NCBI GenBank assembly: GCA_964016885.1
Contig: OZ024743.1
Location: forward strand, 212,536,001-212,600,000
Origin: Eledone cirrhosa
Lineage: Eukaryota
Direction of reading: 5' to 3'
Length of the DNA stretch: 64,000 nucleotides
Shown: positions 1 to 12,896 of the stretch, piece after piece
Position numbering within the stretch: position 1 is the first letter of the stretch
Layout of the letters: each line of letters starts with the position of its first letter
Translations under genes and position numbers: made by a program
The notes under the pieces: generated by a model
The model's database searches: none
Told to the model about the DNA's origin: nothing
Seen by the model: only the letters and a program-made list of their open reading frames with translations

Positions 1-2135
1 TGCTAAATACAGAGTTACAGATTTTGGCCAAGATGCTAGCAAAGAGGTTGGCGCTTGTCGTGGGCAACCTGGTGGGAGATGTGCAGACATGCGCTATCCC
101 GTCCAGGTCCATCCATGACAACCTCCACCTCATGTGATACATCATAGAGAGGGTTGGGAACGAACCTGGCTTTGGTGGGGCTCTGATCAACTTGGATCAA
201 TCTAAGGCGTTCGATAGGGTCGACCATGGTTACCTGGATGCGGTGCTAGCGGCGGCAGGCTTCGGACCCGTTTTCAGGGGCTGGATGACTGCTATGCACA
301 GCAGCCGCATCTGCTCTAGGGTCAACGTGAACGGCTACCTCTCGGAGCCGTTCAAAATCGCGCGGTCCATCCAACAAGGGTGCCCTCTCTCCTCCCATCT
401 GTATGTGTTGACTCTCGAGCCACTATTGCGGAAGTTGGAGTTGTTGCAAGGCATCCCTTTGGAACCGGGATTGCGGAAAGCGGTGTCGGCCTACGTCGAT
501 GACGTGACAGTAATAGTGTCGACGGCCTCCGAAATCGAGGCGGTCGGCACCTTACTGGAGGAGTACGAAAGGTTCACAGGGGCTAAGCTGAACCGGGACA
601 AGTCGATCGGTTTGCAACTCGGCACGTGGAGGGGCAGACCGATGCCCTCCGATGGCGTCGTCGGACGCTGGACGGAGGGCCCGGTGAAGTTGCTCGGGGT
701 CTGGTTCGGACCGGACCTCCAGGTGGAGAAAAACTGGGCGGAGGTTACGAACAGGGTGTTTGCACTGACCCAGAAGTGGGCCAGTTGCATATATCCCTGA
801 AAGGTCGGGCGGAGGTGGCGAACACCTATATAGCGTCCGTCATCTACTACCGCCTGACCGTAGTGCCCTGCCCAAGGGAAACCCTCGCCAAGATGGAGCG
901 CGCGCTCTTCCAATTCCTTTGGAAGAGGCGGGCTCCTATGGTGAGGAGATCCATCTGCTGTCAACACCCTTCGAAAGGAGGGCTGGGGATGCCGTGGCTA
1001 ATGATGCGTAAACACGCATTAAGGCTACGGCACATCTACGTATTCCTCACCGGTCAACCGGTGTGGGCCTCGTTTGTGAGACGAACCTTTCCCAGACTCG
1101 TCTCACTCACCGAGCTGCAATCCTGGGTCAAGCAAAGACCGAGAAAACTGGGCGCCTGGCACACTGAGTGTGCCCAGGCGCTCACTGCCCTCTGGCAGGC
1201 GGATCCGGTTATCAGTGGAGACTCCACCGCAACATTCTATAGAGGGCTGGTACGCAGCAGGTGCGACGACGCCCTCAGAGAAGCCCTAGACATGGAGGAG
1301 GACGAACTGGCCAGCCTGTTCAGTAGGACATTCAGCCCGGGACCTATGGACAACTTCCAGAAGTCCCTGGCCTGGCAGTGCTACCGAGGGGCTCTACCCG
1401 TTCGAGAAAAGCTCTACAGACACGGGCGCCCGGGTAGGGACCCCGCCAAAAAGATCTGTCCCAGATGCGTGTGCGACGAGGAAACCGTTGCACACGCATT
1501 GGTACACTGCTCGGGCGTAGCCGATCTGTGGGGCTTGTCGAACAACTGCTGTCAAGGGTGGGACCGATCCGGTTGACCACCGAATCTATTGTAATGATCA
1601 AGCCGCCTCCCCCCTTCAAAGATGAAGGAGAGACGGTGTTTCTGTGCGTAATAGCCATGGTGAAAGAAGTTGTATGGTGGACGCGTCTGAAAGGACTGAG
1701 GTCAAGCACCTTTCTCTCTGGCCAACAACTGGTCCGTTTCTTCCGATATCATTTCGGAAGAAGGATCAGGATGGAGAGAGAGAGGTGGTCCACCCCAGTC
1801 GTTTTTATGAAAGGTGGGTGAAAGTGGCGAGAATGGCCCGTGTGAATGGGCCTTCTCTTTACATAAGCCTGTAGGTGGAAAAGAGGAAGGAACGAGGGAG
1901 CACCGCCTCTCTGTGCTCCTGAGGAGAAGGGTTGCACACTTGTTTCGGGGGTGTGTGCGACCCCCCAAGGCGCCTCCTCTCTATTGAGGATTTTGTTATA
2001 ATTTTATTTTTTGTTATATTTTATTTTATTTTTATATATTGTTATTGCTTCCTCCCTATTGAGGACGCCTTGTTTTGTAAACTCCCCCCATTGTACTTGT
2101 CCCACTTTTGATGCCCTGGTGGCAAATAAAAGAAA
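1..2135 (+). mobile_element. Decayed Tx1/L1-clade non-LTR retrotransposon (RT, C-terminal zinc finger, 3' UTR); 5' end lies outside the window
   Basis: RT motifs DQSKAFDRVDH, QGCPLS, AYVDDV and a zf-RVT-like CPRC...ETVAHALVHC are spread over three frames (ORFs 192-800, 626-1576, 1465-1821). In-frame TGA at 135-137. AATAAA near 2125. Confidence 0.9.
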
Positions 2136-2785
2136 CATATCTATCTATTTATCTCCACATGCGGCCCGCGAACTACTTATCTGTGGCCCGTGGTAGAACC
2201 AATATTTCATATCGCATTGTAACTGGTGAAAATAAGGCGCGAGCTGGTGCAATCGTTAGCACATTGATACTTTCTTTTTACTATTACATTCCCTTACCTC
2301 TTTTTCTTCCGCATATAAGTGTACGCGCGTGCGTGTGTGTTTATACTCGTGCCTTCATATTCTTATAACGTATCTAACACCCTGTTTTCTGTGGATACCT
2401 GTCAAACAGACACTCATATCATGTGTGTCCATCGTTACATATACACAAATATTCTCGCCCTCATACATATATTTACGCACACATTTTCATTATACACACG
2501 CATTTGTACATATATACATATGTATATCTGTGAGTATATACATACATATACACACACCTAAATATATTTCTTATAATATTTTTTTATATATTTTATATTT
2601 TATATGTCTATTGTATTACCTTCATCTATATATATATAATTTTTCTTGCATTTCTTGAGGAGACTTTCAAAATATTTATGTTTTATATTGCCTCGTCCGA
2701 CGAACGAATGAAGACGTCTCTTTCGTATTCGTTTTATTCGGGAAACCTCTGGTAATGAGGTAATTATTTTGTATTGATTTTTATA

Positions 2786-2830
2786 CATTATATATATATA
2801 TATATATATATATAATATGTATGTATGTAG

Positions 2831-2908
<78 letters not shown>

Positions 2909-3125
2909 ATTTATATATATATATGTATGTATGTATATTTATATATATATATATGTATGTATGTATATTTATATATATATATATATATATGTATGTATAT
3001 TTATATATATATATGTATGTATGTATATTTATATATATATATATGTATGTATATTTATATATACATATATGTATGTATATTTATATATATATATATATGT
3101 ATGTATATTTATATATATATATATG

Positions 3126-3176
<51 letters not shown>
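2786..3176. repeat. (TA)n microsatellite with TGTATG/TATT interruptions
   Basis: Read directly from the sequence. Confidence 0.95.
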
Positions 3177-3179
<3 letters not shown>

Positions 3180-4249
3180 CAGCGGTCTCTGTCCCTCATT
3201 ATCGCTGCCATATCCTGCATCTCCAACAGACCAGTGTCTGTCCTTAGGGCATCAACATATGTTAACCTTGGTCTTCCTCTTCTAGTGTGTCCATGTAGGG
3301 GCTCCCAAAGGAGCACTGAGTGCAATGTCAACTCTGGATGTCGGTGAGCATGTCCAGCCAACCTCAGTCTCCTCTGTGTCACTTTTGAGCTGACTTTTGG
3401 GATGCTCCCATACAGCTCTGAGTTTTTCATCCTCAGTGTATACTGATTAATGTTCAGAGCCATCCTCAGCATTCTCGTGTAGCACCCATCCACCATCTGA
3501 GTGAGTCTCTTGGTCAGTGTCCAAGTCTCAGACCCATACAGCAGCACAGACTCCACTACAGCAATGAAGAGGCGGATTTTCAGGTCTCTACGAAGGTCCG
3601 ACTTCCACACCGATCTCAAGCTGTGACACGCCGCCCAGGCCTTGCTCTTCCTCTCAACCACATCATCTTCCGTATTCCCAATCTTTGCTCCCAAATACAG
3701 GAAGTCCTCAACCAATTCCAGCGGCTTCCCGCCTACATTAGTGATCCCCTCTGGCTTCTCAACATTCTCTCCCAGATATTTTGTTTTAGTCTCATTCATT
3801 CTCAGCCCCACACTCATCGACACAGTCTCAACCTCCCGCATCAAATCCTCTGCCTCCTTCACTGTATTTGTCACCAAAACTATGTCGTCGGCAAATTCAG
3901 CATCCGATACCTTTTTCGCCCCAACTCTCCTGCTCTGAGCCGGTGCTACAGTAAAGCCAGAGTCCTGGTGTTTCTCCAGTGCAAGGCGCATACAATAGTC
4001 CACTACGATGATAAAAAGGTAGGGAGCCAATGTATCTCCCTGGAGCACTCCAGCCAGTATCTCAAAGAACTCTGTCATCCCATCAGGTGTAATGACTTGG
4101 GCTTTGGTGTTGGTGTAGAGCAGTGATATCAGGTCCACTATCCTCTTGGGGATTCCATAAGCCAGAGCAAACTGCCTTCCTGCGGTCATGGTTTTCATTG
4201 ACTTTAGGAAGGCCTTTGATTCTGTGGACCGTTACTGCCTGATGAAGAT
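3177..4249 (-). mobile_element. 5'-truncated RTE-clade LINE with an inverted 5' segment, inserted in (TA)n
   Basis: ORF 3029-4198 carries [34 protein letters not shown] and RRGRP. Near-identical to 39435-40440. Segment 4164-4249 is inverted. Confidence 0.93.
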
Positions 4250-4287
4250 ATATATATATGTGTGTGTATATATATACGTAAATCTAC

Positions 4288-4358
<71 letters not shown>

Positions 4359-4365
<7 letters not shown>

Positions 4366-6668
4366 CGTAAGATAAGAAAATATTTTTTAAAAAATTTTTT
4401 AAAAAATTTTTACTTACTTACTTAAATTTTCACTCCAACTAATTAGTTTCTGCAATGGGATAAAGACAGTTACGTAATCCAACTGTCGAGAATTCATTGC
4501 GTCATCAGGGAGTCTATTCTCAGCTGAGTCTCCAGGCAATGCGCGGACACTGGCGGCTCATATAAAAATAATAATAATTCGGTAGAAAGAACAGCTGGCG
4601 AGGACTGGATTCCATGTACTGAAATTCTCACTGCTTCTAGTCAAATGGCCGATTCTAAAGAATCAATCACGTGACACAGAGGCTAATTAGAAGGAATGGG
4701 ATGGTAAGATGACTGACGCCTACTAACACCCCAAAAAAAATTTAGAAGTGGTTTTGGCAGGTTTGCTCGACAAATCAGTGATTTGGAGATAAATATAGAT
4801 AATTTAATATATCAACTAACATAGGCGCACAGATGCACGTCCATGCCAGCAAATACACAGGTTATGTCATAGTACCTAGGTGGTTCAATGCAGGAGGGTG
4901 CAGAACAATAATATAAAAGACGTAAGATAAGAAAATATTTTTTTAAAAAATTTTAAAAAAATATTTTACTTACTTACTTAAATTTTCACTCCAACTAATT
5001 AGTTTCTGCAATGGGATAAAGACAGTTACGTAATCCAACTGTCGAGAATTCATTGCGTCATCAGGGAGTCTATTCTCAGCTGAGTCTCATCTTACCATCC
5101 CATTCCTTCTAACTAGCCTCTGGGTCACGTGATTGATTCTTTAGAATCGGCCATTTGACTAGAAGCAGAGAGAATTTCAGTACATGGAATCTAGTCCTCG
5201 CCAGCTGTTCTTTCTACCGAATTATTATTATTTTTATATGAGCCGCCAGTGTCCGCGCATTGCCTGGAGACTCAGCTGAGTATAGACTCCCTGATGACGC
5301 AATGAATTCTCGACAGTTGGATTACGTAACTGTCTTTATCCCATTGCAGAAACTAATTAGTTGGAGTGAAAATTTAAGTAAGTAAGTAAAAGATTTAAAA
5401 AAAATTTTTTTTAAAAAATATTTTCTTATCTTACGACTTTTATATTATTGTTCTGCACCCTCCTGCATTGAACCACCTAGGTACTATGACATAACCTGTG
5501 TATTTGCTGGCATGGACGTGCATCTGTGCGCCTATGTTAGTTGATATATTAAATTATCTATATTTATCTCCAAATCACTGATTTGTCGAGCAAACCTGCC
5601 AAAACCACTTCTAAATTTTTTTTGGGATGTTAGTAGGCGTAAGTCATCTTACCATCCCATTCCTTCTAACTAGCCTCTGTGTCACGTGATTGATTCTTTA
5701 GAATCGGCCATTTGACTAGAAGCAGTGAGAATTTCAGTACATGGAATCCAGTCCTCGCCAGCTGTTCTTTCTACCGAATTATTATTATTTTTATATGAGC
5801 CGCCAGTGTCCGCGCATTGCCTGGAGACTCAACTGAGAATAGACTCCCTGATGACGCAATGAATTCTCGACAGTTGGATTACGTAACTGTCTTTATCCCA
5901 TTGCAGAAACTAATTAGTTGGAGTGAAAATTTAAGTAAGTAAGTAAAAGATTTTTTAAAAATTTTTTAAAAAAATATTTTCTTATCTTACGTCTTTTATA
6001 TTATTGTTCTGCACCCTCCTGCATTGAACCACCTAGGTACTATGACATAACCTGTGTATTTGCTGGCATGGACGTGCATCTGTGCGCCTATGTTAGTTGA
6101 TATATTAAATTATCTATATTTATCTCCAAATCACTGATTTGTCGAGCAAACCTGCCAAAACCACTTCTAAATTTTTTTTGGGGTGTTAGTAGGCGTCAGT
6201 CATCTTACCATCCCATTCCTTCTAACTAGCCTCTGTGTCACGTGATTGATTCTTTAGAATCGGCCATTTGACTAGAAGCAGTGAGAATTTCAGTACATGG
6301 AATCCAGTCCTCGCCAGCTGTTCTTTCTACCGAATTATTATTATTTTTATATGAGCCGCCAGTGTCCGCGCATTGCCTGGAGACTCAGCTGAGAATAGAC
6401 TCCCTGATGACGCAATGAATTCTCGACAGTTGGATTACGTAACTGTCTTTATCCCATTGCAGAAACTAATTAGCTGGAGTGAAAATTTAAGTAAGTAAGT
6501 AAAAGATTTAAAAAAAATTTTTTTAAAAAATATTTTCTCATCTTACGTCTTTTATATTATTGTTCTGCACCCTCCTGCATTGAACCACCTAGGTACTATG
6601 ACATAACCTGTGTATTTGCTGGCATGGACGTGCATCTGTGCGCCTATGTTAGTTGATATATTAAATTA

Positions 6669-6672
<4 letters not shown>
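4359..6672. mobile_element. Retrozyme-like ~556-bp HHR-containing repeat: about 1.3 minus copies head-to-head with about 2.85 plus copies, flanked by (TA)n
   Basis: CTGATGA at 5291, 5848 and 6404; TCATCAG at 4502 and 5058; inversion junction near 5087. Confidence 0.88.
5286..5367 (+). ncRNA. Type I hammerhead ribozyme of the 556-bp family (5 copies in the array)
   Basis: actcc-CTGATGA-cgcaatg[hairpin gacagtt/aactgtc]cattgca-GAAA-ctaatta-GTT-ggagt; stem III palindrome AACTAATTAGTT. Confidence 0.75.
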
Positions 6673-6717
<45 letters not shown>

Positions 6718-6734
6718 CGGCGATGAATTAGTAT

Positions 6735-6806
<72 letters not shown>

Positions 6807-6890
6807 CTACATAGATACATATATATATATATATACAGACATACACTTACGTATGTATATAGCTATGCATTTATATTTAAGTGTGTAATG

Positions 6891-6923
<33 letters not shown>

Positions 6924-7305
6924 TATTATACACACACATATATATATATATATTTTTCTATATATAGGTTCTACCACGGGCCACAGAAAAGTAGTTCGCG
7001 GGCCGCATGTTTGAGCCCCCTGTTGGAGATAGATAAATAGATAGCTAAACGTGTACCAAACACTCACACACACACACACACACACACACATTCCTTACTC
7101 TCTCTATCCCTCCCTCTTTCTCTCTTCATATATATATATTTATATAAGGCGTTGTTATTTGGCGTTGTTGAAAAGAGCAGTGGCCTTTGACCTGGCAATA
7201 AAAACTGGAGATAAAATTCTTTCTGTACCAAAACCAAGGTACACACACAAGTGTGTGTGTGCATGTATGTATGTATGTATGTATGTATGTATGTATGTAT
7301 GTATG

Positions 7306-7336
<31 letters not shown>

Positions 7337-7356
7337 GTATATATGTATGTATGTAT

Positions 7357-7412
<56 letters not shown>

Positions 7413-7916
7413 CAATCTATGTATATATATAAGGGATACAGATAATGCTTTCTCACTGTCACCAAGCTTCTCAATTCATTCGTTGCTACTAAGGATTTTA
7501 TATTGCTACGAAGTATTTTATTTTGCAAGGTATTATTTTCCCCCTGAGTTTGTTATTTCAGAGAAAGGTAAGAAATTGAATTGTAGAATTGTCTATTCAC
7601 TCAAAATATTACAACAGCTAACAGTGAAATATAGAATTAAAAAAAAAAGCTTTTTCGACGGAGATCAAATCTTTGAGAACATTCACGTCTATTTTTCAAA
7701 AATATATAACTTGAAATAGCTTGCTTCTGAAACTTTTTTGTATTTAATTCGTACGAGTATTTTTTAAAGATTCTAACATAACTTGTTTTGGCCCAATAAT
7801 CTACTGATATGAAAATCAGTAGTATATTGAAAAATGGAAAAATAGGGTAGGGGGCGTTTCGTGATTTCGAGGGGCAAAAGGGGGAGTCTGGCCGAAATGG
7901 GTTGAGAACCTTTGCT

Positions 7917-8032
7917 TTACAGTATTCGTTCCGATTCTCTGCTTTCTGAGTTCAAATCCCGCCGATGTCAACTCTGCCCTTCATTCATTGAATATCGATA
8001 AAAGAAGTACCAGTCTAGTACTGGGGTTGATT
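7917..8032 (+). mobile_element. Octopus-type SINE fragment
   Basis: gagttcaaatcccgccgatgtcaactctgcccttcat...aagtaccagt motif, which recurs many times between 8 and 19 kb. Confidence 0.7.
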
Positions 8033-8371
8033 CTTCGTCTATATCTCTTTCTTTCGCTCATTCACTAGCCTTCTCTGGATGAAATCTGCTGTATTCAGAC
8101 CTGGAGAGGAGATGGGCTCTGTCAGGTTTAAAAATGTCCTAGAAAAGGCGTATGTCAATACGGCGCCCCGACGACTCCCTCAAGAGTTACAGGTCCATAC
8201 ATACATGTGACGCAGCAGAAAATCGTACTTTATTGCCTTTTTAACTAATGGAAAAATGTTTTCCTATTTATTGAGTGTTAACTTAATTTTATATAGATAT
8301 TCGCGAGTTGTAAAGACTCCATTCGTTCACGAATGATTCGGGGATTTGCACATAGAGAATTTCCATGAGTG

Positions 8372-8497
8372 AGGTGGAGCAACGTGAAATAATGTGTCTT
8401 GCTCAAGGACACAACGCACCACCCGGTCCAGTAATCGAACTAAAAACCTAACGATTGTAAGCCCAACGCTCTAACCACTAAGCGATGTGCCTTCACT
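8372..8497 (-). mobile_element. tRNA-derived SINE
   Basis: A-box- and B-box-like motifs on the minus strand followed by ttgagcaagacac...tttcacgttgctcca; homologous to 11209-11357. Confidence 0.75.
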
Positions 8498-8766
8498 ATA
8501 TTCGCGAGTTAGGTGCCATGATTATACTGTTATGCAATGAGATATCACATTATAGTTGCTTTCAGATAATTCTATTCACGACTACACAATGATAAATAAT
8601 TTTTTCGCTCTATAGATACTCACTACAACATGACTGCAGTATTTCTGATAACTATATAGGGGCTCAGAGAAATGAACTGAGATTTCTAGCTTGAGACACC
8701 TTTATGTAATAGCTTCCATTGTACAAGTATAAGTTGGCAGAAATAACAGATGTAATTTATTGACAA

Positions 8767-8908
8767 GCTCAATATGTATGTTTTCTAGGCTCAATATGTA
8801 TGTTTTACAGGTGCAATATGTATGTTTCACAGATGCAATATGTATGTTTTACAGGTGCAATATGTATGTTTCACAGATGCAATATGTATGTTTTACAGGT
8901 GCAATATG
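8767..8908 (+). repeat. 22-bp tandem repeat (about 6.5 units) that duplicates a splice acceptor
   Basis: caatatg recurs at 8770, 8792, 8814, 8836, 8858, 8880 and 8902; units end in ttttacag, tttcacag or ttctag. Confidence 0.9.
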
Positions 8909-8983
8909 AATACTCAAAAATCAAACAACTGAAACGTAAAGTTGTTTCAAGTAAAAAAAATGGTGTTTTGGGAAAAGAATCCG
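8899..8983 (+). CDS. ADAMTS-like exon (start of M12B domain) with an apparent frameshift
   Basis: ttttacag|VQYEYSKIKQLKRKV / FQVKKMVFWEKNP|gtacgt; 85 nt, with the frame changing near 8941-8947. Confidence 0.55.
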
Positions 8984-9702
8984 GTACGTTATATCAATTT
9001 TCTTCCAGTTTTATCTTTATTATTGTTTCTAGACCACTTCCAAGATTTGGGTGAACAGTGTTCTCCTTGTAAAGGGCTGCTCAGTCACAAAAGACTCCGC
9101 CCAAGCAGTTCCTATTCCGCAAAATGGCAACAACGTTAGATAAGCCTTAAGCCGCCCGTGTGTAGGTAGATTAGCAACTGCATACCTCCAACATGTTAGG
9201 TCTGTACACGTCACTGCTTCCCCATCGCCACAGGACTTTGAAGAGGTATTTGCACAAGGAGATCATAGTAGCAGATGCTTGTGCGACACATATGCTGCTC
9301 TCCAAGTATCAACAGCAAGAATCCGGTGACAAGCAGATGCAAGATGATCGGTAGATGTATCAGCCGCAGTTATTTCAGAGTATCCACTCAAGTAAAACAA
9401 TTTTTTCCCAGATAAATAACTAGGTAAAAAAGTATTTTAAAAGTTAAAAGTTACAAGTTAAAAAGTTAAAAGTTTAGAGGTTAAAGTTTGAAAGTTTGAA
9501 TGTTAAAAAAAAAGTTATAATACACATGTACACGTAAATAATTGCCCACACATTTATACATCGACACAGTATATACATATATACAAGGTTGGATGGCCGT
9601 TGATTCTCGTGAGTTCCTCCTCCCTTTGTCAGGTCTTCTTTTTTATCCATCAGGGTGTCCAATCACCCGACTGAACCCGCCACACACACACACACACACA
9701 CC

Positions 9703-9755
<53 letters not shown>

Positions 9756-10074
9756 ATATTCTGTAAGTCGGTTCTAATAGACTTAGTTGATAATTGGATA
9801 GGATTTTCAAAAAGAATCTTACAATTAAACATAAATTTAAAGTATGATAGCAAAGTTTCCAAATTAAAAAGAAAACAATAACAGTGTACAGTTGTGAAAA
9901 GTATGGCAATCTTGATACTTGCTCTCATTCTCTATTTGTTTTTATTCTTTTATTCTTCTCTCTCACCATTCTCTAAAACTCTTTGCCACTTTTCAGTTTA
10001 CTCTTCATTTCTTTAAATCAAGAAAAATTAACTCTCGACTAACTTTTTTTTTATCGTTATTTGTTTCTTTGTAG

Positions 10075-10175
10075 CGCTGGCTTAATGTAACGAACAGACA
10101 TGGGACAATGTTAAAATCCCTTTGCCGACGGAAGGCCAACGCAAAACCATTTGATGTGGTTTTTCTCATTACAGG
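10075..10175 (+). CDS. ADAMTS-like metalloprotease exon
   Basis: ctttgtag|RWLNVTNRHGTMLKSLCRRKANAKPFDVVFLITG|gtattg; phase 2 matches the next exon. Confidence 0.82.
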
Positions 10176-10829
10176 GTATTGTATAATTAATTTTACAAAT
10201 ACATTTCTTGAGAATATATTCTTTTTATATTCAAGGCGCTGAGATATTATCTGAAGGAGATTTGGTTGTCATTTCTGGCAGGTCGAAAGACCATGTATAT
10301 AGAGGCTCCTCGTTTGATATGATGTAATATTTTTAACAAATCAAATACCAGAAAGTGTCTGCTGTACATTTCTCGTCGGTGGGAATGTGAAACTATACAA
10401 TTTCCTGTACACTATCAAACTACCGAGGTAATCTCTACATCACCGCTAGAAATAATAGCCAAATCTACTTTAAATTATACGCTACTGTTTTGAAATGGAG
10501 GGATATAATGTATTCTCGGCTCTCGAATAAACGTCCCCACCCCTTATTAATATTTCAGATTTTTCTAAATTTCTTTGTGTTCTACATTGTTTATCGGATC
10601 TAGCTAACACCCCACGGAAATTCCAGATTATTTTTATATCTTCCTTCAACTATTGAGGGCGATACAATCAACTACACTCTACTCTAAATTGTGGGACGTC
10701 TTTCGCTTATATTAGAAACATAAAATATGCAATGATACACTACAAGAAATTCAATCAACTGTACACTCCCACCCATCCCAGTTTGTTTACCTTGGCCCTG
10801 TGAAAGGAATTTAATATTTCCAACATTCA

Positions 10830-10990
10830 TCCCTTTATGTTCTGAGTTCGAATCTAACATTCGTTGAATTTTCTTTTCATCTTTTAGGGTTTGATAACAT
10901 TCATTTCAACCAAGTACTGAGGTTGATTTCATTCACTGTTTCTTTCTCCCAAAATGTATGATCTGTTGCCAAAGATGAGAATAGATATTT
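10830..10990 (+). mobile_element. Octopus-type SINE (diverged)
   Basis: ttctgagttcgaat...ttttcatcttttaggg...agtactgaggttgat. Confidence 0.55.
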
Positions 10991-11039
10991 CGAATGTTTG
11001 ACAGCATTTTATAACGACAGAAATGTTTCTCTTTTTCAG

Positions 11040-11168
11040 ACATAGACCAATCTATCCTATCGGACTTGCATATGTTGGCGGAGCGTGTAAAAAAAGATCT
11101 CGATGTGGTGTCTCTAGGGGAGCATCATGGGGAAGATATGTAGCCATGGCTCACGAAATAGGTCACGT
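11040..11168 (+). CDS. ADAMTS-like exon, first half of the zinc-binding motif
   Basis: tttttcag|HRPIYPIGLAYVGGACKKRSRCGVSRGASWGRYVAMAHEIGH|gtaagt. Confidence 0.93.
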
Positions 11169-11208
11169 GTAAGTATATTAACAGATTTTACGTTGCTATA
11201 CTTAATTA

Positions 11209-11357
11209 TGTGGAGGCGTGTAGCCTAGTGGTAAATATGTTGGACTAACGATCATAAAGTCATGGGTTCGATTCCTTCACTAGGTTATGTTGCTTTGTCG
11301 AGCAAAACACTTCCTTTCACGTTGCTCCAGTCTACTCAGCTGAAAATGAATACCAGT
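11209..11357 (+). mobile_element. tRNA-derived SINE
   Basis: A box tagcctagtgg, B box ggttcgattcc, body homologous to 8372-8497. Confidence 0.75.
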
Positions 11358-12090
11358 AATAGTTGGACTAAGCAAATAACATATATACTGGTTATGTTAC
11401 TCAACAAAGAAAGCTCAATGAACATTAAGCTCAGAGCATAATTTACATAAATTTAAACAATATACAAATGATATATTTTCCATATATCAAGTTGAGAAAC
11501 AACTAGTATTTTATACATATATAAAGAATGATAAATAATAACTGTACTCACTTAAAGAAAGAATAAAGCTAAAATCGCCTAAAGTTCACTTATTTCATGA
11601 ATTCCAGAACACGACGCTTATAATCGATTTTAATGATTGGTATCAATCACCAGTTATCGACTTTGGTAATAAGCATCATTAAGACCATGTAATACCATTC
11701 CTCAGTAAGTGTTAAGGTCTTGTCTATATACATCTCACTCTGCACACTTATTATAGTATATAACTGCTCCAAATTTTAAATTTGTGTAATTACCATAGAC
11801 GGATTCGTTTGGTTCGTGTTTAGCATTTATGACACGTCCTGTAATATCTGCCCTTTCGTAAGACGTTATTTTACCAGCATGTGGGGTTATTCAAGCGTTT
11901 TGCTTGGGTAGGTAACTAGTTAGTGTGCAGAGCGAGATGTATATAGTCAAGTATATATATATATATTTATTAAAATAACAGATTAAAGTTTAAGTAAAGA
12001 ATCGCTGCTTTCACCCTTAACGGGATCTTCTGAAGCATTATTCCACAATGCTTCAAGCAAACTTCAATACTCTCTTATATATATATATAT

Positions 12091-12447
12091 AATTTGATTA
12101 AAACAACAGGAGACCGGACTGGGGATATCCTTTTAAAGTTTTATTCTTGCAAAAAACACTATATATATTTTAATGGCATGCTTAGCATTGGCAGGTTTGT
12201 TATTCAGAGATGGTCTGCCGCAACAATAACACCAGTTTCGCAGGCCATCTCTGTATGAAATATTTTCTCTATTTTCTGCTTGTGTTTGCCGTAATTCGTT
12301 TTATTGATTAAATAATTATGCAATCCGAACCTGACGATGTCGCCAGGACCTTTCGTAACCAGCCCATTGAAATATATATCGTGTTTTTTTGCATCAATAA
12401 AACTTTAAAAGGATCCCAGCCCGGCCTCCTGTTGTTTTAATCAAATT
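12091..12447. repeat. Old inverted-repeat element (arms about 85 bp) beside a short TA run
   Basis: aatttgattaaaacaacaggagaccgg... is mirrored by ...ccggcctcctgttgttttaatcaaatt. Confidence 0.7.
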
Positions 12448-12576
12448 AATATTTAACTTCGTTTATGTACCAGGATGAGTTGTATAACGTAGAGTGCTTT
12501 TACTACCTAACATATATATATAGTTCAAGGTAGAAAAGTCTTAGTTTCACGATTTGTATGGAAAAGAGAAAAGAAG

Positions 12577-12610
12577 TTCGACGTGTCGGGCTTTAGCCCT
12601 TCTTCAGGAG
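12577..12610 (-). ncRNA. Degenerate hammerhead motif in an old PLE-type terminus
   Basis: Minus strand CTGAAGA-a-gggc-taaa-gccc-GACA-cGTC (GAAA mutated). Confidence 0.5.
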
Positions 12611-12896
12611 TACACAATCAGAGACAGGATCACAAAGGAGAGAAATCAAGGTAGTCCAAGTAAAGAAAGAAATCGTAACAACCTGTGTTGTGTATATAAT
12701 TTGTCACATCTGAACCAAACACTTCTAATACTGTCAAATAACGATATATGTCAACTAACAGTCGGAATGCTAAATTGCTATATGCCGCTCTAATAATTCA
12801 CTAACGTTCTCTTTCCAATTGACTTTTGATATATCTATATTGAAAGCACTTCTGAATAATAAATTATTATCATTATTATTTTTTTTTAAATTCTAG

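Larger units (their letters stand above)
2155..7022. mobile_element. Probable non-autonomous hAT-like DNA element defined by terminal inverted repeats, with later insertions nested inside
   Basis: catgcggcccgcgaactacttatctgtggcccgtggtagaacc (about 2158-2200) is nearly the reverse complement of 6968-7010. The right end reads CAGGGG on the minus strand, as in hAT/Charlie-type TIRs. No TSD identified. Confidence 0.5.

Noticed and set aside
8855-8983. Rescue of the exon frameshift by the acceptor 44 nt upstream
   Set aside because: The length would be in phase (129 nt), but that frame hits TGA at 8930
9190-9250. Minus-strand SKSCGDGKQ*RVQT resembling a TSP1 repeat
   Set aside because: Stops in frame, no Trp motif, wrong strand; likely chance or a decayed repeat
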